A stretch of DNA of 64,000 bases from assembly GCA_963826115.1 (NCBI GenBank), contig CAWGVS010000010.1, positions 256,001-320,000 on the forward strand, in the 5' to 3' direction. The notes under the pieces were generated by a model. That model worked only from the letters and a program-made list of their open reading frames with translations, was not told the origin of the DNA and searched no databases. Positions 28,845-39,255 of this stretch are shown piece after piece. Position numbers and translations under genes: made by a program. This DNA comes from an uncultured Candidatus Rokubacteria bacterium. Its GTDB lineage: Bacteria; Methylomirabilota; Methylomirabilia; Rokubacteriales; DASRDR01. Each line of letters starts with the position of its first letter. Within the stretch, counting starts at the first letter, position 1.

Positions 28845-30764
28845 ATGAGGCGCCCGGTGTTCGTCTCGCTCCGCACGAAGCTCCTCACCGGCACGCTGCT
28901 CATCGTCGCCGTCCTCATGGCCGCCGTGACCGCGGTCGTCGAGCACCGGCAGCGGACGACCATCATCGAGGAGGTTCACCGGCGCGGGACGGCGATGGCG
29001 GAGGGCCTGGCCGGGGTCTCGGCGGGCGCGCTCCTCCTGTACAACTTCACCGCGCTCGAGCAGAACGTCGTCCGCTTCGACCGCGAGACCGACGTCGTCT
29101 CCGCGATGATCCTCGACCGTTTCGGCCAGGTGGTGGCGCACAGCCGGACGCCCGCCGCGGTGGGGTCGACGCTGTCGGACCCGGTGTCGCTCCGCGCCCT
29201 CTCGGCCGCGCCCGTGCTCCAGGAGACGGCCGGGCCGGACGGCGAGGCTCTCTACGACGTCGCCGTGCCCATCCTCGTCGAGGGAGTCCGGTGGGGCACG
29301 GTGCGGATCGCGCTGTCGCGCCAGCGCATGGACGCGGAGATCTCGGGCACGCGGCGCGAGCTGGCCATGGTCGCGGTGGTCGCCCTCGTGCTGGGCGGGC
29401 TGGCGACGGTGATCGTCGGCCGCCGGATGACCCGGCCGGTCCGCCAGCTCGCCGACGGCGTCGCCGCGATCGCGCGCGGCGAGCTGGACCAGCGCATCGA
29501 ACCCGGCCGGTCCGACGAGCTGGGTCGCCTGGCGCTCGCCTTCAACGAGATGGCGGCCCAGCTCCGGCAGCAGCGGACGGACCTCGAGGTTGCCGACGCC
29601 GCGCTCCGCCAGCGGTTCGCGGAGCTCTCCGACCTCAAGAGCTACACCGACCACATCCTCCGGTCGTTCGTGAACGGCCTGGTGACGCTCGACCTGGACG
29701 GCCGGGTGGTCACCGTGAACCCCGCGGCGGAGGCCCTCACGGGCCGCGCGGCGGCCGAGCTCACCGGGCGCCCGACGACGGAGACGTTCCAGAACGCGCC
29801 GGAGCTCCGGGACCTGCTCCTCGAGACGCTGCGAACCCGGGTCGGCGTGCCCCACGTGTCGCTGATGCTGCCCCGGGGCGACGGCCCGCCGGTCCCGGTG
29901 GAGGTCACCACGACGCCCCTCCGCGGGGCCGAGGGGCAGGCGCTCGGCGTGGTGGCGATCCTCCGCGACCTCACCCCCGTTCGCCAGCTGGAGGAGCAGC
30001 TGCGGCGCTCCGACCGCCTCGCGGCGCTCGGCACCCTGGCCGCCGGCCTGGCCCACGAGATCAAGAACCCGCTCACCTCCATCATGACGTTCAGCCGCCA
30101 CATCGCCCGGCGATTCGACGACGAGCGGTTTCGGCAGCGGTTCCAGAGCGTCGTCCCGCGGGAGCTCGAGCGCATCAACGCGATCGTCGACGGGCTCCTC
30201 CGGCTCGCCCGGCCCGCGCGCCTGGTCCTGGCGCCGGTGCACGTGCCGCCCCTCATCGAGCAGGCCCTCGAGCTCTACGCTCCGCAGATCGAGGCCCGCC
30301 GCATCCGCGTGCGGCGCGAGTGGCCGATCGGCATGCCGCCCATCCCGGGGGACACGGAGCACCTCTACCAGGCCTTCCTGAATCTCGTCGCGAACGCGAT
30401 CGACGCGATGGAAGAGGAAGGGGGGACGCTCACCCTGCGCCTCGGCTGGCCCCGGGACGCCGACGGGCTCGGCCACGCCGTGCGCGACCGGGTGGTGCTG
30501 GAGGTGATCGACACGGGGAGCGGCATCAAGCCCGAGGAGACGCCCGAAGTCTTCAACCCGTTCTTCACCACGAAGTCGGGGGGCACCGGGCTCGGTCTCG
30601 CCATCGCCCACAAGATCATCGAGGATCACGGAGGCACGGTGACGTTCCGGAGCAGCCCCGGCCAGGGGACGGTGTTCACCGTGGTGCTCCCGGTCCGCGC
30701 CGGCCGGCACGCCGAGCCCCTGGTCCGCGGGGAGTGGCGAGTCGGGGGTCAGGCTCCCCCGTGA
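28845..30764 (+). CDS. Membrane sensor histidine kinase (TM-periplasmic-TM-HAMP-PAS-HisKA-HATPase), NtrB-like
   Basis: HAMP DELGRLALAFNEM, PAS VNPAAEALTG, H-box LAHEIKNPL, N-box NLVANAIDA, DTGSGI, FNPFFTTK, GTGLGL. Confidence 0.94.
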   Translation: MRRPVFVSLRTKLLTGTLLIVAVLMAAVTAVVEHRQRTTIIEEVHRRGTAMAEGLAGVSAGALLLYNFTALEQNVVRFDRETDVVSAMILDRFGQVVAHSRTPAAVGSTLSDPVSLRALSAAPVLQETAGPDGEALYDVAVPILVEGVRWGTVRIALSRQRMDAEISGTRRELAMVAVVALVLGGLATVIVGRRMTRPVRQLADGVAAIARGELDQRIEPGRSDELGRLALAFNEMAAQLRQQRTDLEVADAALRQRFAELSDLKSYTDHILRSFVNGLVTLDLDGRVVTVNPAAEALTGRAAAELTGRPTTETFQNAPELRDLLLETLRTRVGVPHVSLMLPRGDGPPVPVEVTTTPLRGAEGQALGVVAILRDLTPVRQLEEQLRRSDRLAALGTLAAGLAHEIKNPLTSIMTFSRHIARRFDDERFRQRFQSVVPRELERINAIVDGLLRLARPARLVLAPVHVPPLIEQALELYAPQIEARRIRVRREWPIGMPPIPGDTEHLYQAFLNLVANAIDAMEEEGGTLTLRLGWPRDADGLGHAVRDRVVLEVIDTGSGIKPEETPEVFNPFFTTKSGGTGLGLAIAHKIIEDHGGTVTFRSSPGQGTVFTVVLPVRAGRHAEPLVRGEWRVGGQAPP

Positions 30765-31208
30765 GCGGGCCGGCCGCGGGCGCGCAGCACGAAGGCGCGC
30801 CGCCGCCCCCGGGGGATCCCCCGCGAGCCCTCCTCGTCGAGGACGAGCGCTTCGTGGGCGAGCTCCTGGCCGAGTACCTCTCCCTGGAAGGGTACGAGGT
30901 CGATCGGGCGATGGACGGGCGGGAGGCGCTCGCACTCGTGCGGCAGCGCGACTATGCTCTGATCGTCAGCGACGTGCGGATGCCGGACGTCGACGGCCCG
31001 ACTCTCTACCGCGAGCTCCAGGTCGCGCGCCCCGAGCTGGCGCGGCGCATGGTGTTCGTCACCGGGGACGTCGTCAGCACCGGGACGCGCCGGTTCCTCG
31101 ACGAGACGTGCCTCCGCTACCTGGAGAAGCCGTTCACGATCGCGCAGTTCCAGAGGGTGGTGCAGGGGGTGCTGGCGGCGCCACCGCCGCCGGGCCGCGG
31201 ACCGGCGG

Positions 31209-31216
<8 letters not shown>
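30761..31216 (+). CDS. Stand-alone response regulator receiver protein
   Basis: GTG overlaps the kinase TGA. Motifs LLVEDE, SDVRMP, VTG and EKPF. No output domain. Confidence 0.88.
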
Positions 31217-32882
<1,666 letters not shown>

Positions 32883-32945
32883 GGCCCACGTATGATACAC
32901 GACGCGGCGGCGCCGAGGCCGTCGGACGCCGCGGGAGGTCGTGCG

Positions 32946-33827
32946 GTGGCGGATCGTCGGGTGCAGTTCGACTTCGAGGTCGAGTTCTCCAACGGGGGCG
33001 GCCTCCAAGGCGACGGTTTCCGGCTCGACATCGAGGGAGACGACATCGCGGACGAGGCCCTCGGCGCCTACCTCGTCCGGGACATGCGGCTCCTCATGGT
33101 GGGCGCGGTGCGGATCCGCAACAAGACGATCATCACCGAGCCGCACAAGCGCCGGGCCCCGGGCGCGCCGACGTCCCGGCTGGTCGACGTGAGCCACGAG
33201 GTCGAGGACGGCATGATCACCTACCGGGGGCTGCCCGGGCCGGTCATCCGCGACCACTGGACCCGCGAGGAGTCCCGCCCCCACTTCACGGCCGGCACCG
33301 AGTTCCACATCGGCCGGATCGACATGGTCGCGAACACCGGCACGTACGTGGACAGCCCGTTTCATCGCTATCCCGATGGCCCGGACCTGGCGGCGCTCCC
33401 GCTCGAATCGCTGGCCGATCTCCCCGGCCTGGTGGTGCGCGCGGCCGGGCGGGCGGAACGCGGGATCGACGTCTCAGCGCTCGCGGGGCTGGACGTCCGG
33501 GGAAAGGCGGTGCTCCTCCACACGGGCTGGGACGCCCACTGGCGGACCGACCGCTACTTCGAGGGGCACCCCTTCCTGACCGCGGCCGGCGCGGAGTGGC
33601 TGGCCGGCCACGGCGCGGCCCTGGTGGGGATCGACTCCCTCAACATCGACGACACGACCGACGGGCGGCGCCCCGCGCACAGCATCCTGCTGCGTCACGA
33701 CATCCCGATCGCCGAGCACCTGCGCGGTCTCGACCGCCTGCCCGATTCGGGCTTCCACTTCTTCGCCGTGCCGGTGAAGGTGCGCGCGTTCGGGACGTTT
33801 CCCGTCCGCGCCTTCGCGGTGGTGTAG
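32946..33827 (+). CDS. Cyclase/kynurenine formamidase-like protein with an extra ~70-aa N-terminal domain
   Basis: SD GGAGG. Motifs [39 protein letters not shown] and FPVRAFA. Confidence 0.85.
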   Translation: MADRRVQFDFEVEFSNGGGLQGDGFRLDIEGDDIADEALGAYLVRDMRLLMVGAVRIRNKTIITEPHKRRAPGAPTSRLVDVSHEVEDGMITYRGLPGPVIRDHWTREESRPHFTAGTEFHIGRIDMVANTGTYVDSPFHRYPDGPDLAALPLESLADLPGLVVRAAGRAERGIDVSALAGLDVRGKAVLLHTGWDAHWRTDRYFEGHPFLTAAGAEWLAGHGAALVGIDSLNIDDTTDGRRPAHSILLRHDIPIAEHLRGLDRLPDSGFHFFAVPVKVRAFGTFPVRAFAVV

Positions 33828-33837
33828 CGGCCGGGGA

Positions 33838-34362
33838 TCAGTCCCGGCGCTTCGGGCGCGGCGCGCGCGGGCGGGTCGTCCGCTCGACGAGGATGATCGA
33901 CCGCTTCGAGAACCGGTAGCCCCGACCGCGCCGCCAGTCCCGGACCTGCCGTTCGAGCGCCCGGAGCTCCTTCCGCACCAAGGGATCGGTCTTCGGGTTC
34001 CGGAGCTGTTCGAGGATCGCCAGCTCGAGGTCCGCCAGCCCGCGCCCCTCGTCGAAGGCCAGGAAGGCGCGGCCCGACGCGACGGGCACCACCGACATTC
34101 CGGGCGCGCTGCGGACCGCCCGGGGGTCCACGACGATGAGCGCGCTGCGATCGGACAGCCGGGCCAGGTCGACGACGGGCTGGCGGGGAGGCGGCGTGGG
34201 CCGCGCTCGCTTCACCACCTTCTCGTAGAGCGCCACGATGGCCCAGGCGGGGTCGGGGTGGATGCGGCGGAGCGCGGCCACGACGTCGTGCGGCAGGGTC
34301 AGCGCCAGTAGCCGTCCCGGCCGGCCGAACTTCAGCGGGCGACCGCGCTGCCTCCGAGCCAC
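33838..34362 (-). CDS. Hypothetical basic protein, possible DNA-binding regulator
   Basis: The N-terminus RGRPLKFGRP...LTLPHDVVAALRRI resembles an AT-hook plus ribbon-helix-helix. Co-oriented 31 bp after the methyltransferase. Confidence 0.65.
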   Translation of the reverse strand: MARRQRGRPLKFGRPGRLLALTLPHDVVAALRRIHPDPAWAIVALYEKVVKRARPTPPPRQPVVDLARLSDRSALIVVDPRAVRSAPGMSVVPVASGRAFLAFDEGRGLADLELAILEQLRNPKTDPLVRKELRALERQVRDWRRGRGYRFSKRSIILVERTTRPRAPRPKRRD

Positions 34363-34393
34363 GGCCGGATTCTCCGCGACCGAGCCGTGGTCG

Positions 34394-35626
34394 TCAATCC
34401 ATCGTCGCGACGACGTCGAACTGGAGCATGCCCTGGGGCAGGACGGCGGCCCGGGTCAGCTCGCGGTCCCGCTCCTCCCAGTACCGCACCAGGGCATCGG
34501 CGCTCCGGAACTCCGCGTCGTCCCCGAAGGCGGTGATGACCCGCAGCCGGGAGTAGTAAGACAGAAGCTGCTCCGCGTAGGCCCCCGCGGGAACGCCGCC
34601 CACCTCGCGCAGGCACCGCGGGTTGAACTCCGTGAGGAGCGTCGGGCGGTGCCGCTCGATCAGGCCCTGGGCGCCCCGGATGGCTCGCGGCTCGTGCCCC
34701 TCGATGTCGATCTTGATCAGGTCGATCCGGTCCACGTGGGCCAGCGCCTCGTCGAGGCGGACCAGCTGCGCGTACGCCCGGCCCTCACCGAGCGGCGCGG
34801 GGAGGACGAGGTACGTGTTCGAGGCGCCCCCCTTGAGGGACATGACCCCGGGCGCGTCCCAGGCCGCGCACGGCCACACCTCCACGTTCGCCCACTCGTT
34901 CATCACGATGCCGGCGAACAGGAGCTGCACGTTGTCCGGGTTGGGCTCGATCGCGATCACCCGGCCCCGCTCGCCGACGAGCCGCGCGGCCTGAAAGCAG
35001 AGACAGCCGACGTTGGCGCCCACGTCCACGACGACCTGGCCCGCATGGACGCTCTCCTGCATGAAGCGACGCACGTGCGGCTCGTAGTCGTGCGTCGCGA
35101 CGATGGCCTGGCCGAAGTCCTGGTCGGACGCCCGGACGCAGACCACGTAGCCGCCGAGGTCCACGCTGACCGCGTTCTCCGCCAGGAGGCGCTGGCGGAT
35201 CCCGCTCTTGACCTCAGCGGGCAGTGTGGGAACGATGCGCTGCCGGTACTCGTCCGAGTTCATCAGGCTCCCGACGAGCTCCTCGAGCGAGAGCCCGCGA
35301 GCCACCGCCCGCCCGTAGTGGGCGCGGCCGTCCGCATCGGGCTCGCGGCGCAGGATCATGCGGTAGGCGCTTGCGATGTCCTGAAGCGTGGCCGCAGCCG
35401 GGGAGGAGTCGTCAGCTCGCGCCGATCCCGATCTCGCGCCCGCGATCCGAGCGACGAGCCCGACGCCGCGCTTCACGGTCGCGCGCAGACGGGTCGCAAT
35501 CCGCCATGCGGTTCCGCTCGCGGCCCCATCGGGAGCCTCGGATCGTCCGGTCGCCGGGCTGCGTGGCGCGAGCGGTGAGAGCTGCGGAACGGGACCGCCA
35601 TGGGCCGTCGTCGACACGGCCCTCAT
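34394..35626 (-). CDS. FkbM-family SAM methyltransferase with an N-terminal DUF4214-like helical domain
   Basis: Motifs VDVGANVG, IEPNP and IKIDIEGHE. AYRMILRREPD..G...LMNSDEY is DUF4214-like. The true start is uncertain and probably further downstream. Confidence 0.85.
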   Translation of the reverse strand: MRAVSTTAHGGPVPQLSPLAPRSPATGRSEAPDGAASGTAWRIATRLRATVKRGVGLVARIAGARSGSARADDSSPAAATLQDIASAYRMILRREPDADGRAHYGRAVARGLSLEELVGSLMNSDEYRQRIVPTLPAEVKSGIRQRLLAENAVSVDLGGYVVCVRASDQDFGQAIVATHDYEPHVRRFMQESVHAGQVVVDVGANVGCLCFQAARLVGERGRVIAIEPNPDNVQLLFAGIVMNEWANVEVWPCAAWDAPGVMSLKGGASNTYLVLPAPLGEGRAYAQLVRLDEALAHVDRIDLIKIDIEGHEPRAIRGAQGLIERHRPTLLTEFNPRCLREVGGVPAGAYAEQLLSYYSRLRVITAFGDDAEFRSADALVRYWEERDRELTRAAVLPQGMLQFDVVATMD

Positions 35627-35675
35627 TTTCATAGTTAAAAAAAAGAGCGTCAACCATTTATTTTTAAATTAATAG
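35625..35675 (-). promoter_or_regulatory. AT-rich patch with a candidate sigma70 promoter (TTGACG-N17-GAAAAT) and UP-element-like tract
   Basis: About 50 bp of mostly A/T in a very GC-rich window, directly upstream of the methyltransferase on the minus strand. Confidence 0.5.
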
Positions 35676-35732
35676 ATGCGGGGATTCCCCGACGCTGCCG
35701 GGGCGGATGGGGAGTTGGGTGCGGCTCGCGCG

Positions 35733-36566
35733 TCAGCGCTGCCGAACCGGCACCCACGCGGTGGTGCGTCCGGCGATCGTCTCCCGCCGGATCACGTCGC
35801 CGTGCACGGTGATCCCGGGCCGCGCGTTCCAGCGCCGGTGGAAGAGCCACGCTCGCGGGAACCGATCGCTGTCCGCGCGTGCCGCCACGGCCCGGCGAAC
35901 GATCGCGAGAAGGCGGGTCCGGAGCCGGTCGAGCTCCCGGTCGGACAGCGAGCGGACCGGCCGGCGCGGGGCGATGCGCGCCTGGTAGAGGATCTCGTCG
36001 GCGATCCAGTTCCCGACGCCCGCGGCGAAGCCCTGGTCGAGCAGGAGCGCCTTGACCGGGACCGCCCGCGCCCGCGCCAGCGCGCGGAACCGCGTGGACC
36101 CCGGGACACGGCGGAGCGCATCGAAGCCGAGCCCGGCGATCGGCGGCTCGGTGGCGGGGTCGCGGCGGAGCCGGATGCGGCCGAGTCGTCGGCCATCGGC
36201 GATCGCGAGCTCGCTCCCGTCGTCGAGAAACAGGCGAAGCTTGGTGAAGCGGGGCGGCCATTCGGCCTCCGCGCGGCGCCCGCTCGACACGAGGCGCACG
36301 CTCGCCCGGCGCGAGGTGTGGAGCCCGCCGGCCATGCCGAAGTGGACGGAGAGCCACGGGCGCCGGTCGAGCTCGAACCAGAAGTGCTTGCCGTGACGGC
36401 GCACGGCGCGGACCCGGCGGCCTCGGAGCGCCCGTCGGACCCGGTCGGGCGGGACGCGCTCGAACACGATCGGGTCGTCCGCCACGGCGACGTCCGCGAT
36501 CCGTCGGCCGACCGCCGCCGCCGCGGCGGCGCGCCGGGCCGTCTCGACCTCGGGGAGCTCCGGCAT
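35733..36566 (-). CDS. Fpg/Nei family DNA glycosylase without a zinc finger
   Basis: N-terminal PELPEVE, RHGKHFW, HFGMAG, H2TH LLDQ...GVGNWIADE. The protein has no Cys, and the C-terminus is GRTTAWVP. Confidence 0.9.
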   Translation of the reverse strand: MPELPEVETARRAAAAAAVGRRIADVAVADDPIVFERVPPDRVRRALRGRRVRAVRRHGKHFWFELDRRPWLSVHFGMAGGLHTSRRASVRLVSSGRRAEAEWPPRFTKLRLFLDDGSELAIADGRRLGRIRLRRDPATEPPIAGLGFDALRRVPGSTRFRALARARAVPVKALLLDQGFAAGVGNWIADEILYQARIAPRRPVRSLSDRELDRLRTRLLAIVRRAVAARADSDRFPRAWLFHRRWNARPGITVHGDVIRRETIAGRTTAWVPVRQR

Positions 36567-36587
36567 GGCCCTAGCGGCGCCGGCGCG

Positions 36588-37799
36588 TCACGCGACCCAC
36601 GCCCGGGTGGTCACGCAGAACGCCCCGAGCGCGGCCACGGCGACCACGATGAGCGCGAGCGCGGTCGCGTAGATGACGAGGTAGGAGCCCGTCCAGTCGT
36701 GGAGCACGCCCGCGAGCAGCGGCCCCGTCGCGGATCCCAGGCTGTTGCCGATGCCGAGCAGCCCGAAGACCACCCCGTAGTGCGCGGGAGCGGCGATGCG
36801 GCCCACGAGCACCGAGCCGATCGTGGCCCGCGAGCCCATGGGGAGGAAGAGCAGCACGACGTAGCCGTAGACGAGCGCCCGCACGGGCCAGCGCTCGATG
36901 CCCAGGAGACATGCCGTGCCGAGGAACGTGAGCGCAAAGGAGACGAAGCCCGCCGACGGCGCGCCCACGCGGTCGGCCATGATCCCGAACAGGACGCGCC
37001 CGCTCGCGGCCAGCACGCCGCCGACGCCGAGCAGGACGGACGCGGTCTCGGGCGAGAACCCCCGCTCGGTGAGGTAGAGCGTGTGCTGCGTGGTCGCGAG
37101 ACCGCCGAAGATCGGCGGCATCGTCATCACCACCAGCAGGAACCAGAACGGCGCCGACCGCACCACGGTCCGCACGGCGGAGTCGAGGACGAGGGGCCGG
37201 CCGGGCGGGTGATCCCCGGCCGCCCGGAGCCGCGAAGGCAGCACCGTCCACGCCAGGAGGATGAGGGCAGCCACCGCCACCGCGTAGGCCGCGAGCGCCG
37301 CGCGCCAGCCGAAGCGCGCGATCACCCACTGGCACGGGGGCGCCAGCCCGTAGCCGGCCATCCCGCCCGAGAACGCGATGCCCATCGCGACGCCCCGGCG
37401 GCGGACGTACGCGTCCGCGAGGAGCGCGGCCTGCGTCACCATCCCCGTCAGCCCCACGCCGATGCCGGCGCCGACTCCCACCGCCAGCGTGAAGGTGGAG
37501 AGGGAGCGCGCCGCCGCCCCCACGCCGAATCCGAGCGTCGCGGCCCCGAGCCCCAGGCTGACGACGGCGCGCGGGTTCCAGCGCGCGACCGCCCAGCCCG
37601 CGATCGGGCCGAGCGCCGCCCCGCCGATCCAGATGAGCGTGATCGTCGACGCGGTCGCGGCGCGCGAGCCGCCGAACTCGGCGAGGAGCGCAGGAAAGAA
37701 GACGGGGAAGGTGTTGGTGATGCCGGCCACGAGGAGCGTGCACGCGAAGGCGAGCACGAGCCGGCCGCTGGCGAGGCTCTCCCGGGGGGCGGTCGTCAC
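36588..37799 (-). CDS. MFS transporter
   Basis: About 12 hydrophobic segments. Motifs RRRGVAMGIA, GIMADRVG and LHDWTGSY. Confidence 0.88.
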   Translation of the reverse strand: MTTAPRESLASGRLVLAFACTLLVAGITNTFPVFFPALLAEFGGSRAATASTITLIWIGGAALGPIAGWAVARWNPRAVVSLGLGAATLGFGVGAAARSLSTFTLAVGVGAGIGVGLTGMVTQAALLADAYVRRRGVAMGIAFSGGMAGYGLAPPCQWVIARFGWRAALAAYAVAVAALILLAWTVLPSRLRAAGDHPPGRPLVLDSAVRTVVRSAPFWFLLVVMTMPPIFGGLATTQHTLYLTERGFSPETASVLLGVGGVLAASGRVLFGIMADRVGAPSAGFVSFALTFLGTACLLGIERWPVRALVYGYVVLLFLPMGSRATIGSVLVGRIAAPAHYGVVFGLLGIGNSLGSATGPLLAGVLHDWTGSYLVIYATALALIVVAVAALGAFCVTTRAWVA

Positions 37800-37863
37800 C
37801 GGGAGATTATGGACCGATTCCGCGGGACCGCGTCGCGGCGGCGGCCACGCGGCGCCCGTCCGG

Positions 37864-38268
37864 TCAGCCGGCGAGGACCATCTGGGTCTGGATCGTCAGG
37901 GAGAGGAGCCGCCCGCTCGCGTCGGTGACCCGCGTCTGCCACACCATGGTCCGTCGCCCGCGGTGGAGCCATGTCGCCTCCGCGCGGAGGGTGCCACCGC
38001 GCCCTGCCGCGAGGAAGTTGGTCTTCGACTCGAGGGTGGTCGTGGTGGCGCCGGGCGGCAGGTTCAGCACCGTGGCCGCGGCCCCCACCGTGTCGGCGAG
38101 CGCCATCAGGGTCCCGCCGTGCACGGCGCCCGCGACCGTCGTGAGGGCGTCCCGGACCGGGAGCTCCGCCACGACCCGGTCGAGGCCCGCCTCGACGAAC
38201 CGGATGCCGAGGAGGTCGGCCAGGGTGCCCCGGAAGCGCTCGGTCAGAGTGGCCGGATCGATGTCCAT
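37864..38268 (-). CDS. PaaI family (hotdog-fold) thioesterase
   Basis: Motifs VHGGTLMALAD, TTLESKTNFL and HRGRRTMVWQT. Confidence 0.9.
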   Translation of the reverse strand: MDIDPATLTERFRGTLADLLGIRFVEAGLDRVVAELPVRDALTTVAGAVHGGTLMALADTVGAAATVLNLPPGATTTTLESKTNFLAAGRGGTLRAEATWLHRGRRTMVWQTRVTDASGRLLSLTIQTQMVLAG

Positions 38269-38322
38269 GCTGGTCCTCCGCGCGACACCCCGCACCGTGC
38301 GGCGCGCCCGCTCCTGCGATCA

Positions 38323-38339
38323 ACTACCTCCGAGGTAAT
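38323..38339. promoter_or_regulatory. Palindromic operator candidate ACTACCTCCGAGGTAAT
   Basis: Inverted repeat TACCTC-C-GAGGTA in the divergent intergenic region between the thioesterase and the XRE regulator. Confidence 0.6.
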
Positions 38340-38373
38340 GGCTAGGGTCCGGCGACCGGTGTAGAGTCCCGCC

Positions 38374-39219
38374 ATGGCCACGACGCCGCCGGTCGACGCC
38401 GGGCGGCCACCCGGCCCCGGCCGGGAGAACGCCTTCGGGCCGGCGCTCCGCGAGTGGCGGACGCGCCGCGGGCTGAGCCAGCTCGCGCTCGCCGGAGATG
38501 CCGGCGTCTCGGCCCGCCACCTGAGCTTCGTCGAGACGGGCCGCGCGCAGCCGAGCCGGGAGATGGTACTCCTCCTGGCGCGGGCGCTCGACGTGCCGCT
38601 CCGCGACCGGAACGACCTCCTCTCGGCGGCGGGGTACGCGGCGGTGTACCGCGCGACGGAGCTCGAGGCGCCGGCGCTCGCCCAGGCGCGCCGCGCGCTC
38701 GACTTCGTCCTCCGGCAGCAGGAGCCGTATCCGGCGATCGTGATCGACCGGCGGTGGAACATCCTGCAAGCCAACGGGGGGACCGCCCGGCTGGTCGAGC
38801 TGTTCCTCGAGCCGTCCGCGACGACGGAGCTCGGGCTGAACGCGATGCGCCTCATGCTGCACCCGCGCGGCTTCCGCCCACACATCGTGAACTGGGCGGC
38901 GATGGCCGCCGCGCTGGTCCAGTGGCTGCACCGTGACGTCCTGAGTGGGCTCGGCGACGCCGGGACCCGGCAGCTCCTCGAGGAGCTCCTCGCGTATCCG
39001 GGCGTCCCGCGCGACTGGCACCGCCTCGACCTCGACGCGTCGACCGATCCGTTCCTGCCGATCGTGTTCCGCCGCGGCGACGTCGAGCTCCGCTACTTCT
39101 CGATGCTGACGAGCCTGGGGACGCCGCACGACATCACGCTCCAGGAGCTCCGGATCGAGTCCTTCTTCCCGGCCGACCCGGTCACCGAGGACGTGGCCCG
39201 CCGCCTCGCCGCGGGTTGA
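38374..39219 (+). CDS. XRE-family HTH regulator with MmyB-like ligand-binding domain
   Basis: LREWRTRRGLSQLALA...HLSFVETGRAQPSR, EPYPA and ELRIESFFPAD. Confidence 0.9.
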   Translation: MATTPPVDAGRPPGPGRENAFGPALREWRTRRGLSQLALAGDAGVSARHLSFVETGRAQPSREMVLLLARALDVPLRDRNDLLSAAGYAAVYRATELEAPALAQARRALDFVLRQQEPYPAIVIDRRWNILQANGGTARLVELFLEPSATTELGLNAMRLMLHPRGFRPHIVNWAAMAAALVQWLHRDVLSGLGDAGTRQLLEELLAYPGVPRDWHRLDLDASTDPFLPIVFRRGDVELRYFSMLTSLGTPHDITLQELRIESFFPADPVTEDVARRLAAG

Positions 39220-39255
39220 CCTCGCGCCGGGCGCGGCGCCCGCCCGCGCGCGCCG

